Origin: Octopus sinensis
Taxonomy: Eukaryota
Reading direction: 5' to 3'
Assembly: GCF_006345805.1 (NCBI RefSeq)
Contig: NC_043000.1
Location: 67,518,001-67,582,000 of the forward strand
DNA: 64,000 nt
The notes beneath the pieces were generated by a model. The model made no database searches, was not told the origin of the DNA, and saw nothing but the letters and a program-made list of their open reading frames with translations. The position numbers were made by a program, and so were the translations under genes. How positions within the stretch are numbered: position 1 is the stretch's first letter; the number at the start of each line of letters is the position of its first letter. Of the stretch, positions 41,243 to 54,907 are shown piece after piece.

Positions 41243-42236
41243 GTGTGTGTGTGTGTGCATGTATGTACTTATTCAAACATATTTAAATGCCTATATACAG
41301 AAAATGTTATCTAATAGATGTTGTAGGATAACTGTTTTCATTTAGTGAGGTTGCTGTATTACTACCGTTTCAGCTATCGCTTAAATTTGTACTGCCCTTG
41401 TTTTTGTCTGCAATGCATTTGAAATGAAATGGCAAGATGTTATAACGTACCTTACAATGGTTTTAGTGGTAAGAAAAAAAGTAAGTTGGCTGGGCTGTTA
41501 AGTGATATCAACGTTTGCGAATGTATTTGAAAAGTGTGTATTTGTATGTTTTGTTCTTTTATCCTTTGGTAATTTTTCTTCTTTGATGTTCTTTTTACTT
41601 TAGTCCTTCAATTTGACTTTTTAACTGTAGAGTATATTTGTTAGCAACGTTGATGTATTACTGAATGCTTTGTTAAGCTTCTAAAGCAGTTATTTTCCTT
41701 GGACAATATTTAGAGGGGTTTTGGGTTGTTGTTTATTTTTAATATAGGTGATTTTTACATAAAAATATATATTAACAAAAATATAAAATACTTGAAACAC
41801 TGAGCATTTCTTGCTACCATTAATGAAATAATCACCCCAGAATAAATTCACACCTATTTAAAATCGTGTTTTAATTTAAAATACCTGGAAAAAAAAGAAC
41901 TACCAGAAAAAATATATTTACTCGTGGTTTTCTACATCTTTAAATTTCGTATCTAATAGTATGAAGATTATTTCGTTTCTTCTTTTTTCCTTTGTTGAAT
42001 TCCAAATCTGGTTTATAAGCACTTCTCACTTCTTATTACAAATCCCTTAGACGAGATACAAAGCTGTCGCATAGGGTATCACTGAAACAAAGTAACTCGT
42101 AGAGTGACATTTTTGGTACAACATATACTTAATATTACAAAAATAATTAATTTTTGAACGTATATTTAAATATTCTTCGTTTCCACAATAATTATATAAG
42201 AGGAGCAATATATATTTGCAGAAGTGATACTAAAGC

Positions 42237-42308
<72 letters not shown>

Positions 42309-42423
42309 TGATGATGATGATGATATATGTATATATGTATATATATATATAGGTGTGCGTGTGTATATGTGTATATATATACATATAAATATGTATGTGT
42401 GTGTACATACATACATACATACA

Positions 42424-42456
<33 letters not shown>

Positions 42457-43853
42457 GTGTGTGTGTGTATATATGTGTGTGGAGAGAAAGAGAGACAAAT
42501 GTATACACACATAATAGCATATATATGATGATTATATTTTAACTGTAGAAACAACTGGAGAACTTAATCATATAATCTTCAAATATCATTGAGATCTTTG
42601 CTTTTTATGCTCTGAACATTCTTTTGAGCCAATTTATTTCTATGAAAACTAATTCCTACTATGGATATTGCAGTGCAGTAATAATATATTGAAGTTTAAC
42701 ATGTTAAACAATTGAGCTCTTAAATTCTATGGATATATTTTTAAAGTGCTTATACACTAATTCAATATGTAACACACACACGCACATTCACACACAAGCA
42801 CAAGCATATATGTATGTGTGTATGTGTTTGTATGCGTCTGCATGAATGTGCGTACGTATTACCTTGCATGTATGTATGTATGTATGTATGCATGTATGTA
42901 TGTATGTATGTATGTATGTATGCGTATATGCATACATACAGGCATGCATATATGCACACATATTCATGTATATAAGTATCCTTATCACAATAACCAGTAG
43001 AAAAACGTGATGTTAAGTATGAATAATTATAAATTTCTGAAACTACCTTGGTTCTGGGGTAGGAATATTTAGAAAAAGTTTCTGTATTCGCAAATTATCA
43101 AGAAATGCTTGAATAAGATGATTTCATTTTTGAAGCAATAATTGCGATCGAAAGTTGGCTACAGATAGAAATTTGATAACGCAGCAAAGAAATAATTACT
43201 ATGGAGGTGTAGTATCATTTGAAGACAATATTACTATATTTATTAGTGTTGTAAAAATGTTTAAAATTAAAAGGTATCTCATTGAGAATGGGTAATCATA
43301 TTCTCAGTATTAATTTGCAGCAAGTTATTATTTAGTATATTTTCAATTACATTTACATAAGTAATATTTCAGTGGCAGTAATAATATATTTGGTTCAGGA
43401 AAGAATCACAAGAAAAATTCTTCAAGCCGAGCCAACCAGCAGGTGATTTAAAGATAGAAGAATGACGAAATTGTTGGATAATATCCAGTCTGAGTTTATC
43501 ATACTTGAGAATCCTGCCGGTAAATGTAATGATCGGTGCTTCTGATAGGACCCTTTGGAAGAGGTATCTGAGGATCTATTAAATGGGTTGTGGTCAGAAC
43601 TGGAGCGGAGCCGGCTCCGCCGGGTTTAAATCCTTCACCCAAGCTGCATATTACGGCAGCACGCTTACAACTCTATCAAAGGTTAAGGACTCAATACAAA
43701 GCAAATAACTATAACATTAACAAGTAGACATAGTTTAAAATATAAGATATCTCACCAATAAAATAGATTTTGAATTGAAAGAATTTTCCCTACTTAGGGC
43801 GAGAAAATTTCTCCATTTATGCTTACCGGATTATTTTCAATAATTACCGTGGT

Positions 43854-43938
43854 GAAGAAGAAGAAGAAGAAGAAGAAGAAGAAGAAGAAGAAGAAGAAGA
43901 AGAAGAGAAGAAGAAGAAGAAGAAGTAGTAGTAGTAGT

Positions 43939-43979
<41 letters not shown>

Positions 43980-44040
43980 ACAGCAGCAGCAGCAACAGCA
44001 GCAGCAACAGCAGCAGCAGTAGCAGCAGCAGCAGCAACAG
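43854..44040. repeat. (GAA)n-(GTA)n-(GCA)n compound microsatellite
   Basis: Directly visible. Confidence 0.95.
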
Positions 44041-44699
44041 AAGGCAATTTTTCTTTAAAATAATTTTTTCCCTATAAATGTATATATGATAATTACTTCT
44101 TCAAAATCTATTTCATAATTATAGTTAATGACCTTTTTGTCAAAAAGTTTCTATACCCTTGATAATAACCACATGACGAAGTACTGGTCAACGAAGGTGA
44201 TTCTACGTGGACTTTCAAATCTTCCCCAAATTACAAGTTATCATCTTGAAAATGAAAGATCACATTGGATAGTGTAGTCTCAGATACACTATCTTGAACA
44301 GACAACGTGGTCACGGCTGGAAAGCTTTTTATCATAGACACACTTAATAATGACTGATCTTGAATCAAGGAATGACAAAAACTGGCTTGAGTAGAAAGGC
44401 ACTATCTTTTGTCATAACAAATTCGAGGAATAACAGAAATTGCCTGCGGTGTATATTGAATGGAAATATTGGGTTGGATGATTGTAAATTAATTTGGGAC
44501 ATAAAAATATGCTCTCCTTTATTACCTCCCATAATTGTTTCAGTATCAATGAAATTCTTATGCAGTCCTTTCGCTAATGGTCAAAATCCATTCAACAAAT
44601 GTTTTTGTGGGTCATGTTTCGTAGCGGTAATTTTGAGTTTCAGTGAGTGATGGAGCGTCCTTGATAGAGATTAATTATTCAGACTCTACACGAAAATTA

Positions 44700-45880
44700 A
44701 TCATGTGAAATGACCTAATCGACACTCCAATTTTCCTCTTCATTGATGATGCGCATTATCTCATCTTTTCGATATAATCATAACCTTCTTAGATGCATCA
44801 GAAATTTCCTTGTTCGCGCCTGGTGAAATTAATTTCTAAATTAGTATTTCAATAACACTGACTTTCTCCACCATATCCCATCTCATGGTTGACTTGACCT
44901 GTATCGAGTTCAGTGTGAGGTGTAAGATCAGTGTTATCAAAGTACCGAACTCATTCATTTCAATCCATTGAGAACTGATCCACCACCACTTAGAAAATCA
45001 ACTGCAATTCTTGTGCTAACAAATACTTGTATTATTTTTCATTGGCTTCTCAGATAAGTCATCAGAATATCGTATATGTAGGTGTTGCCTGAATCTCATG
45101 CAGTATCAGTGAACTAGAAATGGCTTCCAACTGCAACAGCAGGAATAATTTTAAATAGCTGACGCTTGAGTATAGCGTAGGAGCCAAATGTTGGATTTTT
45201 GTGATTTCCTTTGCAGCTTTATAAATTGTTTCATTGCTCATTATTTTCTTTTTTGCTGAAAATCTAATTAGTAATATTTGTGTAGTTAAAGGGTTTTCAG
45301 CACTCCAGGCAAGTGTCTTTTACCAAAGTGTTCTTCGGTCCTAGGCTTAATCTGACACTCCGTCAAATGCCACTACGTATCCCTTGGATATGTTTACAGG
45401 TTTTTCCCTTTGTTGAAAGCATTCAGACCAGATTTTCTGTTTGAGGATAACTTCCTCCCTTTCCTCTTTCAGAATTTTTAAAAGATCATGGGTCTTTCTT
45501 TTATCCTCTGATTAAATCGTGTAAAAGAAAGTGCGCACTTCTTATAACACACGCTAAAATGTGTGCAGTTGTTTCACAGTATTATCCCTATAGAAACAAC
45601 GAGATTGTTCGATTCTTTTGCTGAATCAAATAACACACAGATTAATGAGAACGTTTATCGAAATTGTTTGCCATACTGGATACTGAAGCTTTTAAAGATC
45701 GAATCCCTTCATTCCTCTTTCTTTCGATTAACCGCAGATTTTCAACAACGATTTGTATTCAAATTTATCAACTATCTTCATTTCATCAAAATTTTTAGCT
45801 TTCCTAGCAAATTATGTTATTTTCAAACAAAATCTCTCCTTATCCTTTAAGCTGCTGACAAACTTCGTGGTACAGTCTGT
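44700..45880 (-). mobile_element. Decayed zinc-finger plus tyrosine-recombinase-like (Crypton-type) element relic
   Basis: Minus-strand remnants in order RFC..FAR, CTHFSVCYKKCAL, IYKAAKEI and NFTRREQG (cf. FNRRRxGE); the family match is from recollection. Confidence 0.35.
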
Positions 45881-46569
45881 TCTATTCGTTTCTGACATTT
45901 TTGAGATGTATTTTATATATTTTTAGGTATAATGACGTGAGATTTTGGTCGCTAGTATACATTGTTGGCGTTTTTATTAATTTGAAATAGCCAGACTACG
46001 CGTGTTTTGGAGCTGCCTCAATAAACTAAATATGTTTGTTCTTGAAAATCTACCAACTGTTCAACAGGAAAATGAATTAACAGACGATAAACTGTGTATA
46101 TATGACATGCAATACATTCTCTAAAATCTGCTTTATTGAGACGTCAACTGTCTAAATATTTCCAAATTTTATTAAGCACTTGCACATTTTTATACATGTT
46201 TGAAATTGTAATTCACAGCTGTCACTAATTAGAAGGGTTCATCATTTTATAAGAGATTCATATTTTTTTCTAGTCATAGGTGAGACATGAACATAAATCT
46301 CTTGTTAAAAAACTTAAGAATGTCTCTAAATATGTGACAAAAGTGTCAAAGCTTTTAAGATTTAGCCAAGGAGGGAATTCAAGTGGCCATGACCATTTAC
46401 TTTTTACTGTCATCGAAACATGAAGGAAACTAATCATTATGAAAACAGACAAAAGATCTTGAAAACTCACAACAACGTAAACTCCGCTAAAAGTACCCGA
46501 AGATCAGATGGTGGTGGTGGTGTTAAACTGGGTGATACTACCTCAAAACTCAGAGAATTGAGAACCAGA

Positions 46570-47078
46570 ATAAATAATAAGTACCGATTTGCTCAATTAT
46601 ATCAACCCCAGTACTCAGCTTGTAGTTATTTTACAGACTCCGAAAAGATGAAAGTCAAAGTCGACCACGGCAGCATTTGAACACAGAACGTCAAGTCGGA
46701 CGAAATGTTGCTAAACATTTTTTCCGGCGTGGTAACTATTCTGAGCAGCTTGCTGCCTTGAGCTGGAATAAATATTGGCTTCAAGTTTTGTTACAAGACC
46801 AGCAATTTCAGAGGAGGGGGATAAGATGAATATATCAACCCCAATGCTCAACTGATACTTATTTTATCGATCCTGACAGGATGAAATGTCAAGTCAACCT
46901 CGATGGAATTTGAAGTTCGAACGTAAAGACGGACGAAATGCTGTCAAGCATTTTGTCCAGCATGTTAGCGATTCAACCAGCTGGCCACCTTAATTTGAAC
47001 TCATATCATAAAGACAGATGAAATGCCACTAAGCATTTTGTTCGGCCTGCTAATGATTCTGCCAGCTCGCCGCCTTAG
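46570..47078 (-). mobile_element. Cluster of about three diverged SINE family C copies
   Basis: Repeated GATGAAA..CAA.GTC.ACC..G..ATTTGAA and CTAAGCATTTT..CCAGCTCGCCGCCTT blocks. Confidence 0.8.
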
Positions 47079-47199
47079 CTGAAATATATATTGAAATGTA
47101 ATGGTCCTCCGCTTTAATCATTCTGCTGGTTCACCACCTAGTAATGGTCATTGTCTAGTTATACTATGATGCTCATTGACAAGTTATGATATGATACTC

Positions 47200-47950
47200 A
47201 TTTTCACCTCATTGTGAAGATTGTACAATTACATCCCAGCCACCTTCAAACGTTTTTGATTCCACATTCAGAATATGCATCATTCCTTTGTATTGATCAC
47301 CTCTTAGTCGATTTGTTTTCTTCTTACCAGATATAGATTATAGACATCAATTTATAAATATAAGTCTACTGTCCACTGTTGTAGAATGCGGTTGAATCAA
47401 TCTAATCTGACAGTTATCCAATCAACTTTCCATTGCAACAAGAATATGTGACCTTTGACGTTGAGATTGGTCTTCTGGGATGATTATCATGTTTGGTTGC
47501 CATCCATATTCTCTATAACGATCAGATTCTGGAGATCGTAAGAATAAATGCAAAAGTCACATTGAAAAGTGGCTCTACCTTCTGAAAATTGTTGCCAATC
47601 CGTCTAGTGCTAGAAAATATGCAAAATATTAAGTTGGCAATTGCATCAGTCCAAGGATTTTGAACAATCTATATGCTCTAGTACATGTTTTAGTACAATA
47701 GTTGATAAGCTTCGGCGTAAACATAATTGACTATGGTAATGTAATCCATCTGTTTTATAGTGCCAACATTTAATGCCTCATTTAGTGGATTGCCGATAAC
47801 TTTAGTTGTCTGATAATGTCTGAGTTGATAAGGAAAAGTTGTATATATTGTCTTTTATCATTATTTGAATGCATATAGCATTGTAACAATAAGTTAGATC
47901 ATAAACACTTAGGATATAAGCAACTTCCAAGAAAGCAAAATCTAATGCCA
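47200..47950 (-). mobile_element. Decayed Helitron PIF1-helicase relic
   Basis: GLATIF.EGRATF (cf. GIAATLL.GGRTAH), VDSRL and SGKK...LRGDQ (cf. FGGK..L.GDF.Q) in order. Confidence 0.4.
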
Positions 47951-48321
47951 GTTACAGGAAGGAATATTTTCATCGAAGTAATTGTAATAAGGAGAGTTAG
48001 AACTGTTGAGTAATTTTCGTAAAACTGTTAAATCCTAACATTTGAAACTCATTTCCCTAGCAAAACCATCACTTTATGACGGCAGAACTTACAGTTATTG
48101 TCAGTCGATTTCTTTCAGACAAAGCTCAAAGAATAATAAAAATATCATTCTTTATTCATGGGATTGTAGGGTTAAGTGTCGATAATGTTGTTATCATGCA
48201 TGTTGTTGTTGGTATCAGTTATTCTGTGTGACTGTTGCCTTTGTTTCTCTCTACATACACAATCGCTTGCCTTCGTATCCATCTTACTTACTATTATTAT
48301 CTTAAATAGTGAAAGTTAGCG

Positions 48322-48452
<131 letters not shown>

Positions 48453-49421
48453 TTCTCTTAATAAAACAGATCGTTTCTGGAACCTGGCCTGCTACAATAA
48501 TTTTAAATTACTCAATATACTTCTTTCTGTTTGCATACAACTTGTTTAAAAGTTTTATTTTCTGTAAAGTATGGACAACCCGTCTGATAATATAAAATAT
48601 TGTAACTAAATGAAAGATAAAACAATTTCAGTTATGCGTAAAACATTTATATGATCTAGTTTGCTTATTGTTGTTGTTAATTTGTTGAATTCTTCCAATG
48701 AAGAAGGTGTTGGTATCTAATTAAGAAACTAAACTCCATCGTTAGAATTTAGAAAGTAGGAAAGAGTTCCATACTGAAATTTATAAAAGTCTTCATATTG
48801 TACCTTGTCCACTTACCTATTAAGTTTTCAGAATCCTAATGATTACAGATACGCATGTAAATTTATAACAAGGTAGAGAAGTATGTTTCAACGGTGTCGT
48901 TCATAGATTCTTGTCGCCAGTTTTGAATGAATATACATATATATACGATGGGTTACTTTCATTTTCTATCTCCCAAATCCACTCACGAGGTTTCGGTGGG
49001 CCTGAGACTATAATAGAGAACGCCAACCCATGGTGTCACGCAGTGGGACTGGACCAAGAATTATGTGGTTGGGAAGCAAGCTTCTTTATTTCATCAAATT
49101 TGCCATAAGGGCATTACATAGATAGAAGCAAATGCGGGGTGGACAACAACACAAATGATGAGCAAAATAATGCTATTGATGAGGGAAGCAGACGACGCCC
49201 GCCGATCGATACTTCCCGAAAGCATTGTTCTTTTTTTCTCTTTTATAAAACCAATTGAGGTTATAAACCTCTTACTATAGTTCATTGGGACACACGGTCC
49301 TTTCAATAGAGGCACTAAGCCTCTTACATTTTTCACAAATGGGCTCCACGTCCTTACAAAATGAGGCACTAAGCCTCTTACCTTGTTTTATAACTCGAGG
49401 CATTAAAGCCTCTTACTTCCA

Positions 49422-50322
49422 TGCGTTGGACTCAATTTACAGATGGGCTGAAGACAATAATATGCAGTTTAATGCTGAGAAATTCCAAGCTCTGCGCTAC
49501 CAGTGCCCAAAACTGAATATAAAACTTACAGGGTACACTGGCCCATCGGGAATTACAATGCCAGAGCCTAAATAAGTGCGGAAACTGTGTATCAACATGA
49601 GTGATGATACGTTTTTCCAAGTACACATTACCAGGATGGCGACAAAGTGCAGGCGACTGGCTGGCTGGATCCTAAGAACCTTCAGAATCAGAGAGAAGGA
49701 AACCGTGATGATCCTCTGAAGGACATTCGTCCTCAGCCGCCTGGACTACTTCTCCCAGCTATGGTCAACCCACAGTGCAAAATTAATAGCGGACCTTGAA
49801 GTAATCCAGCGAAGCTTCACAAAGATCGTCTCATTGCAACAGCTCAGCTACTGGGAAAGGTTGAAACAGCTAAGACGCCCTGCAACGTAGGCGGGAGAGA
49901 TATGCAGTGATATACATCTGGAAGATCCTGGAAGAGATTGTGCCAAATTTTAGCATTGAAAGCTACACAAATGCCAGAAAGGGTCGTCACTGCACAGTGC
50001 CAAAGATCTCAGCAATGCCATCGCGCTTCAAGACCAGTTACTGCAACAGCCTGGGTTTCAGGGGGCCTACAGCTTTTTAATATTCTTCCAAAGAGCCTAA
50101 GGTACCAACACAAAGTAGATGTAGGTGTTTTCAAATCAAAACTGGATCGCTTCCTGTCGAGAGTCCCAGATAAACCTACTTCGCGGCGGGAGGTGCAAAT
50201 GAGAGTAGCGACATCAAACTCACTTATTCACCAAGTGCCACATATCAGAGGAGAGTCTCAATAATAACAGTGTAGCAAAACGGCGTTGCCCTAGCATGGC
50301 CACAGCTTTCAGCTGAAACTGA
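49422..50322 (+). mobile_element. 5'-truncated CR1/L2-group LINE (RT C-terminus and 3' end), with stops and frameshifts
   Basis: ALDSIYRWAEDNNMQFNAEKFQALRY, GWILRTF, FVLSRLDYFSQLW, LSYWERLKQL, LQRRRERYAVIYIWKIL and FKSKLDRFLSRVPD. Confidence 0.9.
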
Positions 50323-50694
50323 TTCTCTAAGAATCCTCTTGTAAACACACTTATAGAGAGATCGTACAAATGTAAACACTGGCAGAAACATACATTTTAC
50401 TCATATAGGTGATTTCGCCAGTCATTATAGTTTGAACAATTAGTTTAACTTGCACTTCACTTCAATAGAGGAATCTTTTCCTAAGCCTTTGAACATTCTT
50501 TTAATCAACGTATCACTTCCCCACCCTATTTGTTCCCTACTTATTATCCCTGTAACCCTTCTCTTCTCACTATCTGCCTTTGACGTCAACTCTACTAACG
50601 GTTTTTTTAAATACTTAATAACGTTCTGTTTATCAGGTAGGCAGTCATCATAATTGTTATAATGTCTTGTTGTTGAGAGAAGCTCTCTTTCTTT

Positions 50695-50776
50695 CTTTCC
50701 TGATGAGAAGATTGCATCTTACATCGTTTATTCCTTTGGAATAAAACCATGTTGTCTTCGAAACATATGTCGAAAG
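50695..50776 (+). ncRNA. Type-I hammerhead ribozyme with extended stem II
   Basis: CTTTC-CTGATGA-GAAGA..(TTATTCC-TTT-GGAATAA)..TCTTC-GAAA-CATATG-TC-GAAAG; predicted cleavage after C50771. Confidence 0.85.
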
Positions 50777-50813
50777 TAAAGGAATTTTATTAACATCTTC
50801 GTTCAACTCCATT

Positions 50814-50885
<72 letters not shown>

Positions 50886-51002
50886 TGTGTGTGTGTGTGT
50901 ATGTATATTTGTATTTGGGGATGGGGATTTTTTCCAAAATAATACACGGGATACACAGCCAGCGGAACTTTGATTAAATCAAAGTTTAATCACGATATCC
51001 TT

Positions 51003-51086
51003 GGCCTCAAGAGTAGTCTGCAGCATGCACCTCACTTGGATAGTTAACACTTCCGAGCTTCCGCTCGCTATGAAACATATGTAGCC
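51003..51086 (+). ncRNA. Degenerate hammerhead (core CTCAAGA) with long stem II insert
   Basis: GGC-CTCAAGA-GTAG..CTAT-GAAA-CATATG-TA-GCC. Confidence 0.55.
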
Positions 51087-51344
51087 CGGATCTTATCTAC
51101 TTCATTCCGTAACACTTGTATTCTTATACGCAGACCCGGCAAACTTAGTCACCTACCGTGAAATCATAAAAGAACATTCTTATATTTACTACGAATTGCT
51201 TGAAGCTAACTTCCTTCCTAAACCTCGATCTCTGGATCTTATATATATATATATAGTTGAAATTTACAGAAACACATAAGACGAAGACAGGTGCATAAAC
51301 AACAAGCAGGTGTATTAGTTTGACGCTCGAGACTGCGAGAAAGT

Positions 51345-51380
51345 CTTTTACGTTTCGAGCCTACGCTCTTCAACAGAAAG
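51345..51380 (-). ncRNA. Minimal hammerhead-like motif with core variant CTGTTGA
   Basis: CTTT-CTGTTGA-A-GAGC-GTAG-GCTC-GAAA-CG-TA-AAAG. Confidence 0.5.
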
Positions 51381-51435
51381 GAACACAAGGGAATAAACAG
51401 AGAGAGAATAGAAAAATATAAATATGTGTATATAT

Positions 51436-51505
<70 letters not shown>

Positions 51506-51538
51506 TATATATAATATATTATATATATATATATAATA

Positions 51539-51588
<50 letters not shown>

Positions 51589-52094
51589 GTATATGTACAT
51601 GTGTATGCATGTATATGTGTATGTATGTGCGTGTGTTATCACATTTCTTTCATGCATAATTAAATGCGATAATGAAATGTCAAAGTTTTACAGAAATATT
51701 AGTATTGATGATGTACACAAAGCCTGATGGATAATACAGCGAAATCTTCTTCAAAGCACATCCCTACTGTTTTATGTATGTACATCTTTATTGACCGTAG
51801 TAGGATGTTTCTTCAACGTAGATGCTCCTGTTAGCACTAACAGGTAGATCTCCCTCAGATCACTCCCTACAACAAACATTTAATTCATCATGTATGCTAG
51901 AGCTGGTAGAAACGCCAGTCAAATTACAACATACTGTTTTCTGTCTATAAGTACATATTTATGCATGAATCAATGCAGGGAGACTTTTACATTGTAGTAT
52001 AGCTGTGAGAAGCAGCCATGCATCGTTCTGGGGACTAAACAAACACAACAGTAACACGTATGCATATGTTTCGAAAGAAATTTATATCAATACA

Positions 52095-52154
52095 TGCATG
52101 CATACATACATACATACATACATACATACATACATACATACGTACGTACGTACT

Positions 52155-52190
<36 letters not shown>

Positions 52191-52209
52191 GATATAGATA
52201 GATGTAGAT

Positions 52210-52302
<93 letters not shown>
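52095..52302. repeat. (TACA)n-(TACATA)n-(GATA)n compound microsatellite
   Basis: Directly visible. Confidence 0.95.
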
Positions 52303-52305
<3 letters not shown>

Positions 52306-52954
52306 ACTTACTTGGAAATGGATGCGTGGCGTTCAATCAAATAATAATATAAATAATATATATACATATGCATATATAGGTACAGGACGTCAACAACAGT
52401 AAACAACATGAAATACGAAAACAAATGGAAACAAATGTTAATAAGAATTATCTCCCCCCAAAAGTAGCTCTCAATGTTGGATTATACGATTGCTGGTAGC
52501 CATGTTTAATTCACGGAGGGAAAAATTACCTTACAGATAAGTTAAAATTTCTTTTTACTAACATTTCTTTTTGCTACTTTTATTTCACATTTCTGTTCAT
52601 TATTTACTAAAATAAAATTATTCCAACAACGTCTAGTTGTATAATTTTAGTTTGTCATGTCATTATATAGGATGTAAATAGCAAATTAAGTTCATATATG
52701 CTAGACCTGAGGATTGGCAATATAATCGTTTTAATATGGTATTGTATTTAGAGATATTCTATCTCATCAATATCGCGGAATATGTCGTCATGAAACACGC
52801 GTAGTAAAGTATATAATTTAAAATAAGAATTTGGAATAAGAATTGTAGGTATTAATTTTAATATTAAGTCTATATGTACCTATTGTGGATAATGTAATTC
52901 AATGATGATTGAGTTGCTTGGGGTGATTCTGTCTCTTAAACCTATCTATATATA

Positions 52955-53640
<686 letters not shown>

Positions 53641-54039
53641 GCCGGAATGCAGACATCTAATATTGCTCAAGCTTTTTGGCTTTTGTGACTACCACGTGGC
53701 AACTACATGAAATTTTGCACAACGGTAGAGAAAAATGTGAATAACAATTACACAAACTCGTCAAACCTGAAAAGTGCACATTAATGAGTTATCATACTTT
53801 TAATATTTCATAATTATGTCTGTCGCCCTCTTTAGTCCGAAACTGGAAACTAGGCCAATGGCGTGTGTTAGACCGCGTCTTTGTTGTGAAGGAGTGATTG
53901 TGATGTACAGAATGTTGAAACAAATTTGATTTCAGAACAAATAAGATCGTGAACTTAAATTTACATACCATTAGAGGGTCTTTTTCTTGATTTTTACTTG
54001 AAATATTCTCACTTACTGAAACAAGTTTGCAAACCTCAA

Positions 54040-54256
54040 ATGATGAAACAATTAATATGAGAAGTATAGAAAAATAGCTAAGTACCAGGACCTAGCTATT
54101 GAATTACAGAGACTATGGAAAGTGCAGGTAAAATGTATCCCAGCAGTTATAGGGGCATTGGGAACTATCCCTAAAGATCTGAACAGATGAATAGGGAAAT
54201 AGGCATAAAACCCATTTTAGTACAGCTGCAGAAAATAGTGTTATTAGGGACAGCGA
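54040..54256 (+). mobile_element. R4/Dong-type retrotransposon restriction-like endonuclease C-terminal fragment
   Basis: KIAKYQDLAIELQRLWKVQVKCIPAVIGALGTIPK..LQKIVLLGTA. Confidence 0.85.
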
Positions 54257-54264
54257 ATACCGTT

Positions 54265-54521
54265 CATTGACCTAGATAAATAGTGTAATATTGAGGTATA
54301 TAAGCCCTCGACAAAAAAAAGTAGGATTTGCCGTACGCCTGTGACTCAAACCCGCACCTCTATGTATTCGCGACAAGCGTGCTAACCATTTCACTAACGT
54401 ACACCCTGCTAGCACGCTTGTCGCGAGTAGAGGTGTGGGTTCGAGTCCCATGCGTACAGCAAAGCCTTTTTCCGTTGAGAGCTTATATGCCCTAATTTTA
54501 GATTATTTACCTTAATCAATG
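54265..54521. mobile_element. Foldback element made of two head-to-head tRNA-Asp-like units
   Basis: Arms of ~115 bp are diverged reverse complements. Each has GCACGCTTGTCGCGA, a B-box (GGTT(C/T)GAGTC) and an oligo-T run. Confidence 0.7.
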
Positions 54522-54560
54522 TACAGTGTTCACTTATAACCTTTAAGCTAATAAATATTA

Positions 54561-54601
<41 letters not shown>

Positions 54602-54746
54602 TATATATATAATATATATATATATATATAATTATAATAGGGCACACGCGGTACCAGCATTGTTGTGAAAATCACGGCTTTTAATTGTTGTTATTCATTT
54701 TACTAATGATAATAATTAATGATGATATTTACATAAATATTTTTTA

Positions 54747-54803
<57 letters not shown>

Positions 54804-54829
54804 TATATATCATATATATATATATATAT

Positions 54830-54907
<78 letters not shown>

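Noticed and set aside
54330-54403. Functional tRNA-Asp gene
   Set aside because: The anticodon and T stems do not pair properly; treated as a tRNA-derived repeat.
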